The position numbers and the translations under genes were made by a program. 64,000 nucleotides of DNA, taken from Hydrolagus colliei. Lineage: Eukaryota. Shown piece after piece: positions 24,388-37,790 of the stretch. The notes under the pieces are model-generated. The model was not told where the DNA came from and made no database searches. It saw only the letters and a program-made list of their open reading frames with translations. Position 1 is the stretch's first letter; each line of letters begins with the position of its first letter. Location of the stretch: NCBI GenBank assembly GCA_035084275.1, contig CM068744.1, positions 12,772,001-12,836,000 of the forward strand. The letters are read 5' to 3'.

Positions 24388-27300
24388 GTGAGTGAGTCAG
24401 TCCCTTCTCCCTCAGTCAGGCCAGCAACCCCTTTACTACAACAAGCAATCAGTGCAGCTGCCTTTGTCACCAACACACACACACACACACACACATCCCA
24501 TCCTCTGACTCTTCATATGGACGTTCATCGAAGAAAAGACTGCTGGCTCCCTCCCTGTGCTGACTTCTACTTTGGTGTTTGCTTTTTGCTTTGTTGTTCG
24601 CTTCGTTTTGTATTGCCTTTGATCTGATGTGTCTCGTTTTGCTGGGTCCCTCTCTGGTGGTGCTGAATTGGTTGCCACAAGATGCTTTAAACCGCAGCCT
24701 TGTGACCATGAGGACAGGAGTAAAGGGAGATCTTTTCTGCCACTATAGGAAACCAGGGGTGGGTGGGTGGGGGGGGGAAACTTGAGGACAATTGCCATCA
24801 TTGTCTCCTTCGTGAAGTTGCAACGACAATAGAAATTAAAATGTTAACTGAGTTGAAGTTTTTTGGGGGATTATTTTCCACAATCGAAATATTGCCTCTG
24901 GAATCTCCTGATTTTTGTTTAAAAAAAAGTGAAATGTTTGTGAGACAAGGTGATCACATTCACACATTTTCTAACAAGATTGTTGAGAAAACTACCGCAG
25001 GAAGATCATACATCGCCCTTCAATTACAACACCGTTATACTACATTTGGTCTAAACATTAACATTGCAAATTACACCTATCCCCCAAGGATTACTATTAT
25101 CCATTGATAAATGGTAGAGAAAGATAGAATGACTGCAGTTAAAAAAAGAAATTGATACAGTGACTTTTAGTGGGTGTGTTTTCTTCCTTTTTTAAAAAAA
25201 AAGCTAATCCCAGATTGCTTTGTTAATAGTACTGTATTCATTCTGATCTTTACAGCAGCTTGTGTGTGTAGCTTCTCTACAATAATAAGTTATAATCTAA
25301 ACTATACTGCAACATTGTGGCTTTCATTCACGCTAACATTCTGGGAACGAGGGATCTCTTTGAATATATTTGGTGTCCCATCATAAGTAATAAGCAACTG
25401 ATATACTGGTTAAATGGGGGGGGGGGGGGGGGGGAGGGTCATTTAAACATGTAGGTTGTAAAATGTTATTTTAAAAAGTCCATATTTGTAAAAAGAAATG
25501 ATGCATGGCCCATTTTGTTCTAAAACATTCTTGGTTATACAGTACCATTAAAATGGGTTAGTTGAACAAGGAGAGTGCCTGGGAAGTTCCTGCAGTTTTG
25601 AGGACAATACATTAAAAAAAAGTGATTTTTTGGTTAAAGCTCGATTAATCAGAGCTGCTCTGGGAAACACTGTAACCTCTCATTTTACAACTCTTGGTGA
25701 CAACAAAAAGCGCACTGTCCACTCAATTCCAGCCTTAATATAACTATATGTGCAATTAATTCATATCTGAAGTTGTTTCTAAACCCAATTTTGACCCTGT
25801 GTGTTCCACAATGGCACAGTTCATTGGGATATGACAGTATGTGGGTTTGGCTTTCAGGATCAATATTTTTCTTGCACTAACTACTGGTACTGGGATTGTG
25901 CTTGTTAATAAATTAAAAATAAACTACATTTGGCATAGCACCTATCCATATCAGGGGGACATTTCAAAGCACGTCACAGTAAAATGTAATGATTAGATTT
26001 TGGAGGCGAAAAACTACATGAAATTCAAGCGTTTTAGTACATTGGCAAAATCAGTTTAATGTTAATTGAAATAGAATCTAAGTTTACTTCTGTGCAAATG
26101 TGAATTCCAAGCTTTGTTTTACAGTTTCCTTTTTGTTTGGCCTCTTTAACTTGCCCACTTGCCACACACATTCCCCTGCTCAAGAGGGCAAAAAACATGT
26201 TTCCAGACCTTTTGTCAATGCTGCTCTGAAACCATTTAATACAGTTGTGTAAGAGTGCCTCGGGGTTAATCCTTTCTCTCTCTCTCTCTTTCACTCTGAC
26301 CAAGGGGGGAACCCTCTGGTGTCAGCTCCATTAAAACACCTGAGCTGAAATGGGGGAAATCACTGCTCTGATCCTGTGTGTTCAAGTACACAAGCACTCT
26401 GTCTAGGTACACCACTCTCAGTCGGTGACCCAAAGAGGTGGTGGCAATTTCAATGAGTTCTCCCAAGAAGAAAGTTAAAGGAATTTTTAACATTCCATTA
26501 AATCATTTAACTAGAATAAATATATAACCTATTGAATGCACATGTTTGAAAATTCTCACTTTCTTTATTGCTGAATAAAACTGATATTGTTTTATTTTAG
26601 GATAAGATGATTACTGTAACCAGCTACAAAAGGTTTAGTCATTCTAACATATGTGATATATATACAGTATATGCATGCATTAAGATACACAGTATAGTGA
26701 AATACTGTACACCTATGATTAATTATTTTGAGTCGCTTTCTCAGTGATTCAGAACTAATGTTTACAAGTTCAGAAAGAATCCTTTATGATTTGATTTTCA
26801 TAAAATTATTTCAGTAAGGTATTTGTTCCCCCCCACCTGTTTCCTTCACCTTCTACATATTCACTCCCAGATAGATAGCCTGTTCCAAGACAAATGTCAA
26901 TGCCACACTATAATTAACTGTTGCATAGTGTGGAAAACAAGACCAGACAAACTCTTCCTCTGATTTCCTCCATCTTCTCATGGTAAACATGGTAAACCTC
27001 CACTTGCAGATTTCCCATCACAGCATGGCTAAGATGTGGAATGTCCATTGCTGGGAGTCATGAGTAGGAATCTGTCTTCTGCCACTCTCTGTGGTACACC
27101 ATTTTGAGGTCCAATCACCATCCTATGGATATAATTGTTGAAAATAAAAAAAATACACATGGAAAGGAATGAATGTTTGAGGACATCATTTCTAAAATGC
27201 ACACGAGAGTGTAACTGCAAAGTAGAAGTGTAAAATGTGATTTTTAAAAAAGTTAAAATATGATACGACAACTCCTAGGATAATATGACATTTTAGTATG

Positions 27301-28214
27301 TAATCCTCTAGAGTAACATACTGCAGAAGCTAATTGCCGAATCTTTACGGATTATACTGTTTTTCTTGTTCTTTGTGACTTGACATTTAATACAATGACT
27401 ATTTTCTTACAAATTGTACCCATTGAATTATCTTGATCCAAAGAGAAGCTCAGCACACTAATGATTTGTACTGAAGTTAAAGAAAAAAATAATGTTCCTC
27501 TAGTGCCTTATCCTATCAAAACATCAAGTAGTTACTGTTTTCTCAGCCAAATTTGGCTGCTATTTGCACCAGTGAGATCCCACAAGCAACCATGAGATGA
27601 ATGTGAATTTATCTGGAGAATTGTGGGTCAGGACATCAGGAACATTTCTTTATTTCTTTATACAAATATCCAGGGCATCTTGGTTATACAACCTGAACAT
27701 CAAAGCAAGATTAATGTTTCACCCTAAAAACTACACTTGCCATAATGCAGCATCCTCTATACTACACTGACGTGGTCAGTTTAGAGTAGTATATTATGGG
27801 CCCCAATTCCAAAAGAGTTGAAATTTAATTCAACAACCTTCTCACACATAGGTGACAGTGCTACTGAGTCAGAATGACAATGTCAGGCTGACATTTAATT
27901 GGATTTAGCTGTGTTTCTCAGTGGGTTTATGCCTTCAATGAGGCACAGAGAAACCAAAGACATTAATAAGGTGAGAAACCACACCATTTATAATCTCCCA
28001 CATTGGTGAAGCAGAGAATTCCTGACATTCTGCATTATGTTGCAGATAATCTTTTTTTTAAAAAAGCCAATTGAAACAATAATATAGTTAACACAGCAAA
28101 GCTATCTCCACGATTCACACTCTAAAAGGGTGGACTTGATGGGAATTAAGTTAATGATTTAACCACCCTCAAGTAATAGTTTTCCTTTGAATCAGTGTTC
28201 CAGATATACTAAGA

Positions 28215-28674
28215 TATTCATAGGAAACATAGGAGCAGGAGTAGGCCATTTAGCCCCTTGAGCCTATTCTGCTATTCTATCAGATCATGGCTGATCTGCA
28301 TCTCAACTCCAATTACCTGTCTTTGCCTCCTATCCTTGTGGATAGCTCAGTGGTTAGAGCGCCCACCTGGTAAACAAGGGATCTGGGTTCAACTCCAGGC
28401 AGGGTGAAACCTTGGGCAAGCTTACTTACGCCTGATAATAATCCTTCAAAAAATTATAAATTGGCTGTTTGTGGGACACTGCTGTGTGCAAGTGGCTGCG
28501 ACATTTCGCCCCCAAAATATACAGTCAATTCACTTGACAGTATATTCTGTCAAGCGCTTTGAGACTTCTAGAATAGGTGAACAATGCTATATAAAATGGA
28601 AGAATTATTATCATTATCCATCGATACCCTTATCTAACAAAATCTATCCACCTCAGTCTTGCAAATGAAAATTA
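28215..28674 (-). mobile_element. CR1 3' end with a tRNA-SINE inserted at about 28338-28618
   Basis: aacataggagcaggagtaggccatttagcccc resembles 8050-8200; the CR1 sequence resumes after the SINE tail. Confidence 0.7.
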
Positions 28675-29289
28675 NNNNNNNNNNNNNNNNNNNNNNNNNN
28701 NNNNNNNNNNNNNNNNNNNNNNNNNNNNNNNNNNNNNNNNNNNNNNNNNNNNNNNNNNNNNNNNNNNNNNNNNNNNNNNNNNNNNNNNNNNNNNNNNNNN
28801 NNNNNNNNNNNNNNNNNNNNNNNNNNNNNNNNNNNNNNNNNNNNNNNNNNNNNNNNNNNNNNNNNNNNNNNNNNNNNNNNNNNNNNNNNNNNNNNNNNNN
28901 NNNNNNNNNNNNNNNNNNNNNNNNNNNNNNNNNNNNNNNNNNNNNNNNNNNNNNNNNNNNNNNNNNNNNNNNNNNNNNNNNNNNNNNNNNNNNNNNNNNN
29001 NNNNNNNNNNNNNNNNNNNNNNNNNNNNNNNNNNNNNNNNNNNNNNNNNNNNNNNNNNNNNNNNNNNNNNNNNNNNNNNNNNNNNNNNNNNNNNNNNNNN
29101 NNNNNNNNNNNNNNNNNNNNNNNNNNNNNNNNNNNNNNNNNNNNNNNNNNNNNNNNNNNNNNNNNNNNNNNNNNNNNNNNNNNNNNNNNNNNNNNNNNNN
29201 NNNNNNNNNNNNNNNNNNNNNNNNNNNNNNNNNNNNNNNNNNNNNNNNNNNNNNNNNNNNNNNNNNNNNNNNNNNNNNNNNNNNNNNNN
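28675..29289. other. Assembly gap
   Basis: Run of N; probably hides the acceptor of the first SOGA3 coding exon. Confidence 1.
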
Positions 29290-29390
29290 GTAATATTTTG
29301 GGAAATTGCCCACAGCTCGGAAGAGGATAGTGGATCTGTTCTGCATGAAACAGCTTTAACAATTAATTGCCTTTAAATGACACTAACACC

Positions 29391-30522
29391 ATGAACCCAG
29401 CCAGTGGCGCTGCTGAAACCAGACAGCATCCTCACAATAAAAAACAGCGCACCTCGTCGCCGGCCAGATTCAGGGAGATTAGCTCCAGACCGCCCATCAG
29501 GACCGGCTTGGCTGCCAAAGCCAATGCATTAAAGCAGGGACACCTCCCCAACAGGATTGCCGGCCAGGCGGGGGCCAATCTGAGAGAGAAAGCCAAGGCG
29601 GCGGGGGCCAATCTGAGAGAGAAAGCCAAGGCGGCGGGGGCTGCTGTCCGCGCTGTCGGTGCTGAAAAGGACATCACCGCCTCCAGTGAGACCAGGCGAG
29701 GAGGGGGAGACCTGCCCCCCCAGGTCAGCACCGCTGATCTGCCGCTTGTGAGGAGCGGTGCACTCCCCCCTCCCCCCCCAGAGAAGCCAGACTGCCCGGC
29801 TACAGCGCCAGGAGAAAAACAAAGGCTCCATCAGACCGGAGGAGGAGGAGAGGAGGGGAGGGAGGGGGAGGAGGGGAGGGAGGGGAGGGAGGGGGGAGAG
29901 GAGGGAGAGGAGGGGAGGGAGGGGGAGGAGGGGAGGGAGGGGAGGGAGGGGGGAGAGGAGGGGGGAGAGGAGAGGAGGGAGGGGGGGAGGGAGGGAGGAG
30001 AGGAGGGGGGAGAGGAGGGGAGGGAGGGGGGAGAGGAGGGGAGGGAGGGGGGAGGGGAGGGGGGGAGGAGAGGAGGGGAGGGAGGGGGGAGAGGAGGGGA
30101 GGGAGGGGGGAGAGGAGAGGAGGGAGGGGGGGAGGGAGGGAGGAGAGGAGAGGAGGGAGGAGGGGAGGGAGGGGGGAGAGGAGGGGGCGGGAGCAGGCGA
30201 GGATACACAGCCCGGAGGTTCACATCGCGGTGGTTTGCTGTCTGACGGGAAGGGATCGTCCTCAGCCGCACCGGGGCAGCTGGACACATCGTTAGCGAAT
30301 GGTGCTATAATGCACACGAAAAACGCAGCCGGACAAGCAGCAGCAGCGGCGGCGGCGGCGACGACAACGACAACGACAACAGCGGCGGCGGCGGCGGCGG
30401 CGGCGGAGCCACAGCCCCAGATGGCGGCGAGTGAATCTAACATGGAGCCAGCGATGACTGAGCAGGAAAAATCCCTGCAGAGTGAGATCGAGCAACTGCG
30501 CTCAGAAAACCGGACCCTCAAG
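29391..30522 (+). CDS. SOGA3: SOGA3/MTCL3 first coding exon; apparent +1 frameshift near 30059-30065
   Basis: Kozak ACCATGA; MNPASGAAETRQHPHNKKQRTSSPARFRE resembles the SOGA3 N-terminus. The 3' part, in another frame, reads MHTKN...LQSEIEQLRSENRTLK with donor |gtgtgt. Length 1132 = 3n+1. The acceptor probably lies in the gap. Confidence 0.85.
29838..30187 (+). repeat. Purine-only (G/A) coding repeat in SOGA3, about 21-nt GGEEGRE units
   Basis: About 350 nt containing only G and A. Confidence 0.95.
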
Positions 30523-30579
30523 GTGTGTGTGTGTGTGGGGGGGGGGGGCCTGGGTCCTTGTAGGTGAGACGTGGATCTC

Positions 30580-31065
30580 GAGGGGAGGGGGAGGTGGGTG
30601 GGGAGGGGGTGGAGGGGAGGGGGGAGGGGGAGGTGTGAGATGGAGGGGGTGGGGGGGGAGGGGGAGGTGTGGGGAGGGGGTGGAGGGGAGGGGGAGGGTG
30701 TGGGGAGGGTGGGTGGGAGGGGGAGGGGGAGGTGTGGGGAGGGTGGAGGGGAGGGGGAGGGTGTGGGGAGGGTGGAGGGGAGGGGGAGGGTGTGGGGAGG
30801 GTGGAGGGGAGGGGGAGGGTGTGGGGAGGGTGGGTGGGAGGGGGTGGAGGGGGAGGTGTGGGGAGGGTGGGTGGGGAGGGGGTGGAGGGGAGGGGGAGGT
30901 GTGGGGAGGGGGTGGGTGGGTGGGGGGGGAGGGGGAGGTGTGGGGAGGGGGTGGAGGGGAGGGGGAGGGTGTGGGGAGGGTGGGTGGGGGAGGGGGAGGT
31001 GTGGGGAGGGGGTGGGTGGGTGGGGGGGGAGGGGGAGGTGTGGGGAGGGGGTGGAGGGGAGAGAG
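30580..31065 (+). repeat. G-rich, C-free intronic minisatellite
   Basis: GGGGAGGGTGTGGGGAGGGTGGA-like units; no C seen over about 485 nt. Confidence 0.95.
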
Positions 31066-31082
31066 CGATGCAATACCATTGA

Positions 31083-31640
<558 letters not shown>

Positions 31641-31803
31641 TGATGCAGGCTTTCAACAAGACACACAGCTGTTTGTGTGTGTGTGTGTGTATGTATGTCT
31701 CCCCCTCATCCATCCATCCATCCTCCCACCCACTCTTTGATTTCATGCTGCACACGTTTCCTTGCTCAGTTGGTTGCTATATTTGCTGTGGTCACCATTC
31801 CAG

Positions 31804-31962
31804 GTCGCCAAAGACGTGTCGGTCAGACTGCACCACGAACTGGAAAACGTGGAGGAGAAGCGCACCAAGACCGAGGAAGAGAACGAGACCCTCCGCCAGC
31901 AGCTGATCGAGTCAGAAATCTCCAAACAGGCTCTACAGAATGAAATGGAAAAGGTGAAAGAT
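31804..31962 (+). CDS. SOGA3: SOGA3/MTCL3 coding exon 3
   Basis: Acceptor ccattccag|, reads [20 protein letters not shown]...[12 protein letters not shown], donor |gtaagt. 159 nt. Confidence 0.97.
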
Positions 31963-34379
31963 GTAAGTAAGGATCCCCGACTCTTCAGTCGCACCCCCTT
32001 CCCCCCAAAGCACCAGAGAAACTGTAAGAGTGAGAGCCTGTCCCACTGCCTTGGGTTTATTCTCAGGTTTCGCCCATAAATATGCAGTCAACTCACTTTA
32101 CAGTATAATCTGTGAAGCGCTTTGAGACTTCTAGAAGACACGAAAAGCACTATCGAATGCAAGCATTAATATTATTAATATTTGTTGTGCTTGTGCAAAC
32201 ATAATTTCACCTCCACAATGCAGTCCACTAGACTTGACAGTATATCCTGCTAAGCCATTTGTGACATCCTCCCAATGTACGAGGCATTAATATAAAATGC
32301 AAGGATTATTATTTATCGATTACTTGGCCTGAGGGATCCTGCTTTGAGTGCTAAATTATTGCCACTTTTTCTTTAGTACATTTCCTTGGTTTGTTCACAA
32401 ACCATCACCAGTTCTGCTTGTTGTGCAGCAACTAAGGATATACCATTGCAGTGAAGACAAAGGGGAGGTCTTTGCCTGTCTTTCTCACATTCAGGGCATT
32501 CTGGGTGAAAATAGTTATTCCCTGATTTATCATATCTACATTATATTTGTGCTTTATAATCGGGATCTTTTAGTTTTTCAGCTTTATTTATTATTGATCA
32601 ATCGAATTTACATTTTTGTGTAATTTTTTAAAAAAATATAACATTAATATAAATTACATTGGCTGGATGTAAAATCTACAGGAGGAATTTAACGCACAAA
32701 AATAAATCAGCAAAATGTTTGCTCAGCTATCCACTTAAGCTCTATTACTAGCTATAAGAATTTAGTATCACCATTTCATTATATTGTGGCAACTCTATCT
32801 TTTATTTTTATTCATATTCATATCCCTTTAATATCTTTACTGTTTTTAAAATTATATTTATTTAGGTTCTGCCAATATTTTTATATCCTTTGATGATATT
32901 CCTGGAGGTAAGATGAGAAAAAAGGCTGGTGTACAGAGCAGATGGTATCTATACAGCTGAAGGAGGCACAAAGAAACAGCAGATCTGAAGAGACTCAATG
33001 AGATTACAGGCCTTTAAGGAATTGTGTGGGTTAATTGAGCCTATCAGTTTTCAGATGAAGAATCATTGTTAACGAAAATATAGTTAAAACTCCAGGCATC
33101 CATTAGATGCAACCTGGGAAAAAAACACGTTCAGAGTTACCACTGAATCTCGTCTGATGTAAGAAGTGCTAATGGTTATTTGTATTGCAAACAACAAATA
33201 GGAACTGAATTTTTAACTAATTGCAAATTAAGCTTTTTTTTTCTAAATGCTTCATTCAATTTCTACCTTCTGTGGTGTAAACATCTTACATTTCCTGATT
33301 TGGCTGCTTTACTCTGAAAAATGTAACTGAGCCATATTTACTAGGAATTATTCAATAGGCACTCCTTGGAAATAACCACTCAAGTGGGAGGGAGCGATAC
33401 AAACAGATGTAAACTGAATAAAAATGGAGTAAAATATAGAATAAAAAAACAAGAAAAGATTGAAATAACCAAATTGGTTGTTTTTGATCCGTTACTGCAT
33501 GACTCTAAATTGGTAATATTGGGATTGCATACTTTCATGATACAGTAATGTACAAAAGCTTTATCTGGGAGTCTTGATTCCTGTTTTAAATTACAATGAA
33601 CCATTATCAGTAGAAGTGGATGAAGTCCAATTTTGGCAGAATCTGTGGGTTTCCTTTGAGGGGTAACAACATCAATCTCAATGAGATGATAACTCGGAAA
33701 ACAAGATGAAAAGTGCATTTGTAAATATGAAACAAATACTTTGGAGGGTAGTAGAGGGTGAGCCCTTCAAAATGCATCTGAAGATACATATTACATGCAG
33801 CCAAAAAATTATATTTGTACAGCACCTTTCATGTCGGGAGTCCTGTAAATATGTGGAGTCTTGCAGGATAATGAGCACTTGCCCGGCAAGTGAGAGGACC
33901 AGGGTTCAAATCACAAGTAGGGCAAAACCTTTCCTTACTCCACATGCCTCTGCATATCAGCAGTAACTAGGAACCCAGTTATTAGATATTAGTTATTGGT
34001 ATTTCATTTTGCCCAGGAATACATATTAACTTAGCGAATAGAATGGTTATACTTCAGTCCCAGAAGCAAACTCTCTGCCACCACCACTCCAGTTCTGAAG
34101 GGAAGAATAAAATGATGCATGCTAGAAATTATGGTGAACCTTGAAATGTTTAGTGGATTCATTACAAAGACAGAAGTGTGGGTGTTGGTGATGGTGGTGG
34201 GGGGCATTTCCATTCTCCTTGGTACAAATAAAAGAAAACACATTGTTTGAAACTAAAACCAAGACTCAGAATGTGAAGGCAAAGTGAGCATCAAGGAGTG
34301 GATCTGCTGATCATGGAAAACATTCAGTGAATCACTGTATTTTGTGCTCTGATACCGAGAATCATGTGGTTGGTTATCA

Positions 34380-35480
34380 ACACCAACAACAAAGATAACT
34401 TGCTTTTATTCAGAGCCCTTCACACAGGTTAGCACCTCAGAGTGTTTAGCAATGCCGGTGCTCGATCTGAGGCAAGGAGAAGGCAGAAATGACAATAGGC
34501 AGGGATGAAGCGGAAGATTGGCAAGGAGGAGGCAAGGGAAAGCGACTGAGGCAGAGAGTTCCTTAGTTTTGGAGCGTAATGATTGTAAGCACGACTTGTG
34601 ATGGAGCGGAGGAGATGAAGGCTGTCCAGGAGGTCAGATGCAGCTGAGTGAAGGGTTTAGGTAGTGGATGGATTATCAGCAGGTTGGAGAGGGAGGGAGG
34701 TGCCAGGGCATGAAGCGATTTGTAAGCGTGTGAGGATCTTGAAATCAGTCCATTCTGCAATAGGGAGCCAGTGAAATAACATCAACAATAAACTACATTT
34801 GTATAGCGTCTTTCACATCAGGAGGACGTCTCAAGGCGCTGGACAGTCAATTGTTTCATACCCGAGCTGAGGTTGGGACGGGGAGGATGGAGGGCAGGGG
34901 GGGATTTGGGGTGACCAATGGGACCATCAAAGAGAAGGGTCTTGAGGCAGGACCAGAAGGAGGCTAGGAAGGTGGCGAGGCAGAGGGACTGTGGGATGGA
35001 GTTCCAGATGTTGGGGGCAGAGTGGTTGAAGACTCATCCACCAATAGTAGGGTTGGTGGGTCCGGGGATGTGGAGCAGGCTGGAGCCTACTGAGGGGGAA
35101 GGCAGTTTGGTAGGGAGTTAGGTGGTTGCAGAGTAGGGTGAGGCGAGGCCATGGAGGGCTATGAAGGTGAGGACCAGGATCTCGAATTGAATCCCCTGGG
35201 TGATGGGGAGTCAATGAAGTTGGGCAAAGATGGGGGAGATTGAGTCACAAAGCTTGGAGCAGAAGAGGACACAGGCCGCAGAGTTCTGGATTGTCTGCAG
35301 CCTATGGAGGGAGGAATTGGGAAGGCCGACAAGCGTAGACGGCGTAGTTGAGCCGGGATGTGATGAAGGCATGAATGCGGGTTTCAGCGGACTGAGGGAT
35401 GAGGTAATGGCAGAGTCGGGCAATATTGCGGAGGTGAGGGAAGGCAGAGCAGGTCATGGGTTGGATGTGGGGGAGGAAAG
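34380..35480 (-). mobile_element. Two adjacent L2-clade LINE 3' fragments
   Basis: Two tails (about 34380 and 34780) and the peptide LVGLPNSSLHRLQTIQNSAACVL. Confidence 0.85.
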
Positions 35481-35510
35481 ATAGTTGAGGACTTGAAATA
35501 TTTGCAAGTA

Positions 35511-36427
35511 CAGGTAGACAAATATTCTATTTGTACCACTTCTCTACTTAACAAAGGCTGCTTTCGCTATAACGAATGTGTACACACACTTTAAATCTCG
35601 CAGGCTTCTCCTGCGCAGCTTCTCATGCACAGCATCTCTCTGGCCCAGCAATGCGCACTCAGTCTTTAGCGTGCCTCAGTTAAGCAGTGCAGTACAGCCC
35701 CCCCCCCCCCCCCCCCCCCCCCCCATATGGGAGGAGCTTAAGCGGCAGGATGCTTTGTGGCTTCAATAATAGTAAGTTGAGATAGAGGGGGGAGATAGAG
35801 AAGATGGGGGGGATAGAGAGATGGGGGGGATAGAGAGGGAGGGGGTTAGAGAGGAGGGGGGGATAGAGAGAGGAGGGAGGTAGGATAGAGAGGAGGGGGG
35901 ATAGAGAGCTAGAGGAGAGGGGGATGGAGAGGGTGGGGAGGGGGATAGAGAGGATGGGGAGGTTAGAGAGCTATAGAGAGGGAGGGAGGGAAGGGGGGGA
36001 ATAGAGAGGGAGGGGGGGTGGCCATATAGAGATGGAGTGGGGGGGTGGTAGAGAGAAAAAGAGGAGCGGGAGGAAGAAAGAAGTGCGTCCCAAATCTGGA
36101 AATGCCTGGGCCCAGGTTGCGATATTTTGGTGCAGTGACTGTGCAGACCTGGCCTGGAGCAGGTAGGATTGGCGTTTTTATTCCTGCAAATTTTGTCACA
36201 TTCCAGATTCCGGAACTCCGGACTTTTGGTTGCTCAACCTGTACACTGAAAATGTTAGTGCTTGGAACCGCGAGGAACAAAACTGATGTTAGCGGGGAGG
36301 CTCGCTTTGGGGCGGCATTTTGGCTGCTGCCAAATACAGTGATACTGTTAAACTCTCGCTTAATGACATTTTTGCTTAATGAAGGGTTTTAAAGTCCCCA
36401 ACCCCTTCATTAAGCGGGGTCTACCTG
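35511..36427. mobile_element. Tigger-like MITE with C-run and GA-rich repeat
   Basis: TA|CAGGTAGAC ... GCGGGGTCTACCTG|TA; right end resembles that of 19500-20015; left TIR is only partial. Confidence 0.6.
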
Positions 36428-37364
36428 TACTGGGGTTGAAGAGGGTTTGAAATTAGGTGCAGGTGAGAACATGGATAGCAAAGTTTTCAATTAATTGGAT
36501 TTAATTAATGTTGATGCTGGGAAATCAGTGAGTAGGGCACTGGAATATTTGAGGTTGGACATGATGGATACAAGGATAAGGTTTCCGAATGCATTGGATT
36601 TGAGGTATAGTCAGAGGCAGGAATGTGGCGAAGTTGGAGGAAAACAGTCCTAGACAGGGACTAGATGTGAAGCATCAACGACAACTGGGCTAAAACCTGA
36701 TGTCAGGTTATATAGAAATTCAATGAGTCTGAGGGATAGGCCGTTGATGATCAGGAGGTTAGAGCCACATATAACAAGGCATTGATGGGGGCCACGAATA
36801 TGGGTCAAGTGTGCTGCCTAATATAAAACAATACGAAGTTACAATTATATAGTGCCTTTCATGTCGGGAGAATGTTTTAAGGGGCTGGGCAGTTCATGAT
36901 TTGCACGTAAGCTGGGGTGGAGGGGAAGCTATTAATATAGACATATTAATGATCTGAATAAAGCCTCTTTAATTCATTTTTTTTAGTAGTTGATTATTTA
37001 ACTACTGACAAGCACATGTTTGAGCCCTCACTTATTTCCTTGGGGAGAGGGAAGGTAAGTGGGGTCTCCTTGGAGATGAATTGTCTCCCAAGATAACATC
37101 CTTGGCAACAGAATGTCAAAAACAAGTTAGGCCTAGATGGCAGTCTTCGTAGTCTGATTCTTAAACAAGACACTATTGAAGACACCCCAGTTAGTCTGAA
37201 CTCAAGGGCAGGACTTGGAGGGCCAGACCAGTCCTCTCTCAGCCTGCGAGCCAAAGCCCTAATGGGCTGGGTGGACAAGCAGCAGAAAGCTTGCCAGACA
37301 CTGCTCTCAATAGAAAGCTACACAAGTTTGGATTGAAGAGGAGCACACACATTCCATTCCAGTA

Positions 37365-37790
37365 TCTGGCCTGGCTCAGTGGTAACACTCTTGCCTCTAG
37401 GTCATAAGGTTGTCTGTTTAAGCCCCACTTAAGGACTTGGAATCACATTGTCTAAACTGATACTCTAGTGCGGATGCTTGGGGAATGTTGCCTTGCAGGA
37501 GGTACCTTTAGGTGAGATGTTGAATGGAGGTCCCATCTGCCTGTTCAGGTGGAAGTTAAAGAGCTCAGAACACAACTCAAAAAGGCCATGTGTTGGCCAA
37601 AAAATCTCCCAAGTAAAATGTTGTCATTTCTTTTGTGGCTGCTTGTAGAACATTGTTGTGTGCAGTTGGTTTCTGCGTTTTGCCCACACAATACACTGTT
37701 AATCTTTTTTAGTGTAGCTTGTGAAGCACTTTAAGATGTCTTGGTGATGTGATAGGGTACTATATCAAATGCAAGGATTATTATTATTTA
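37365..37790 (+). mobile_element. Older DeuSINE/SacSINE-like element
   Basis: tRNA-like head cctggctcagtggtaacactcttgcctct, then Deu-domain-like ggtgagatgttgaatggaggtcccatctgcctgttcaggtggaagttaaagag. Related copies at about 330-590(-), 2900-3160(-), 9690-9860(-), 17080-17280, 27520-27870(-), 42900-43820, 50570-50740(-) and 56130-56350. Confidence 0.7.

Noticed and set aside
28634-29362. ORFs of 220-240 aa
   Set aside because: They read through the N gap.
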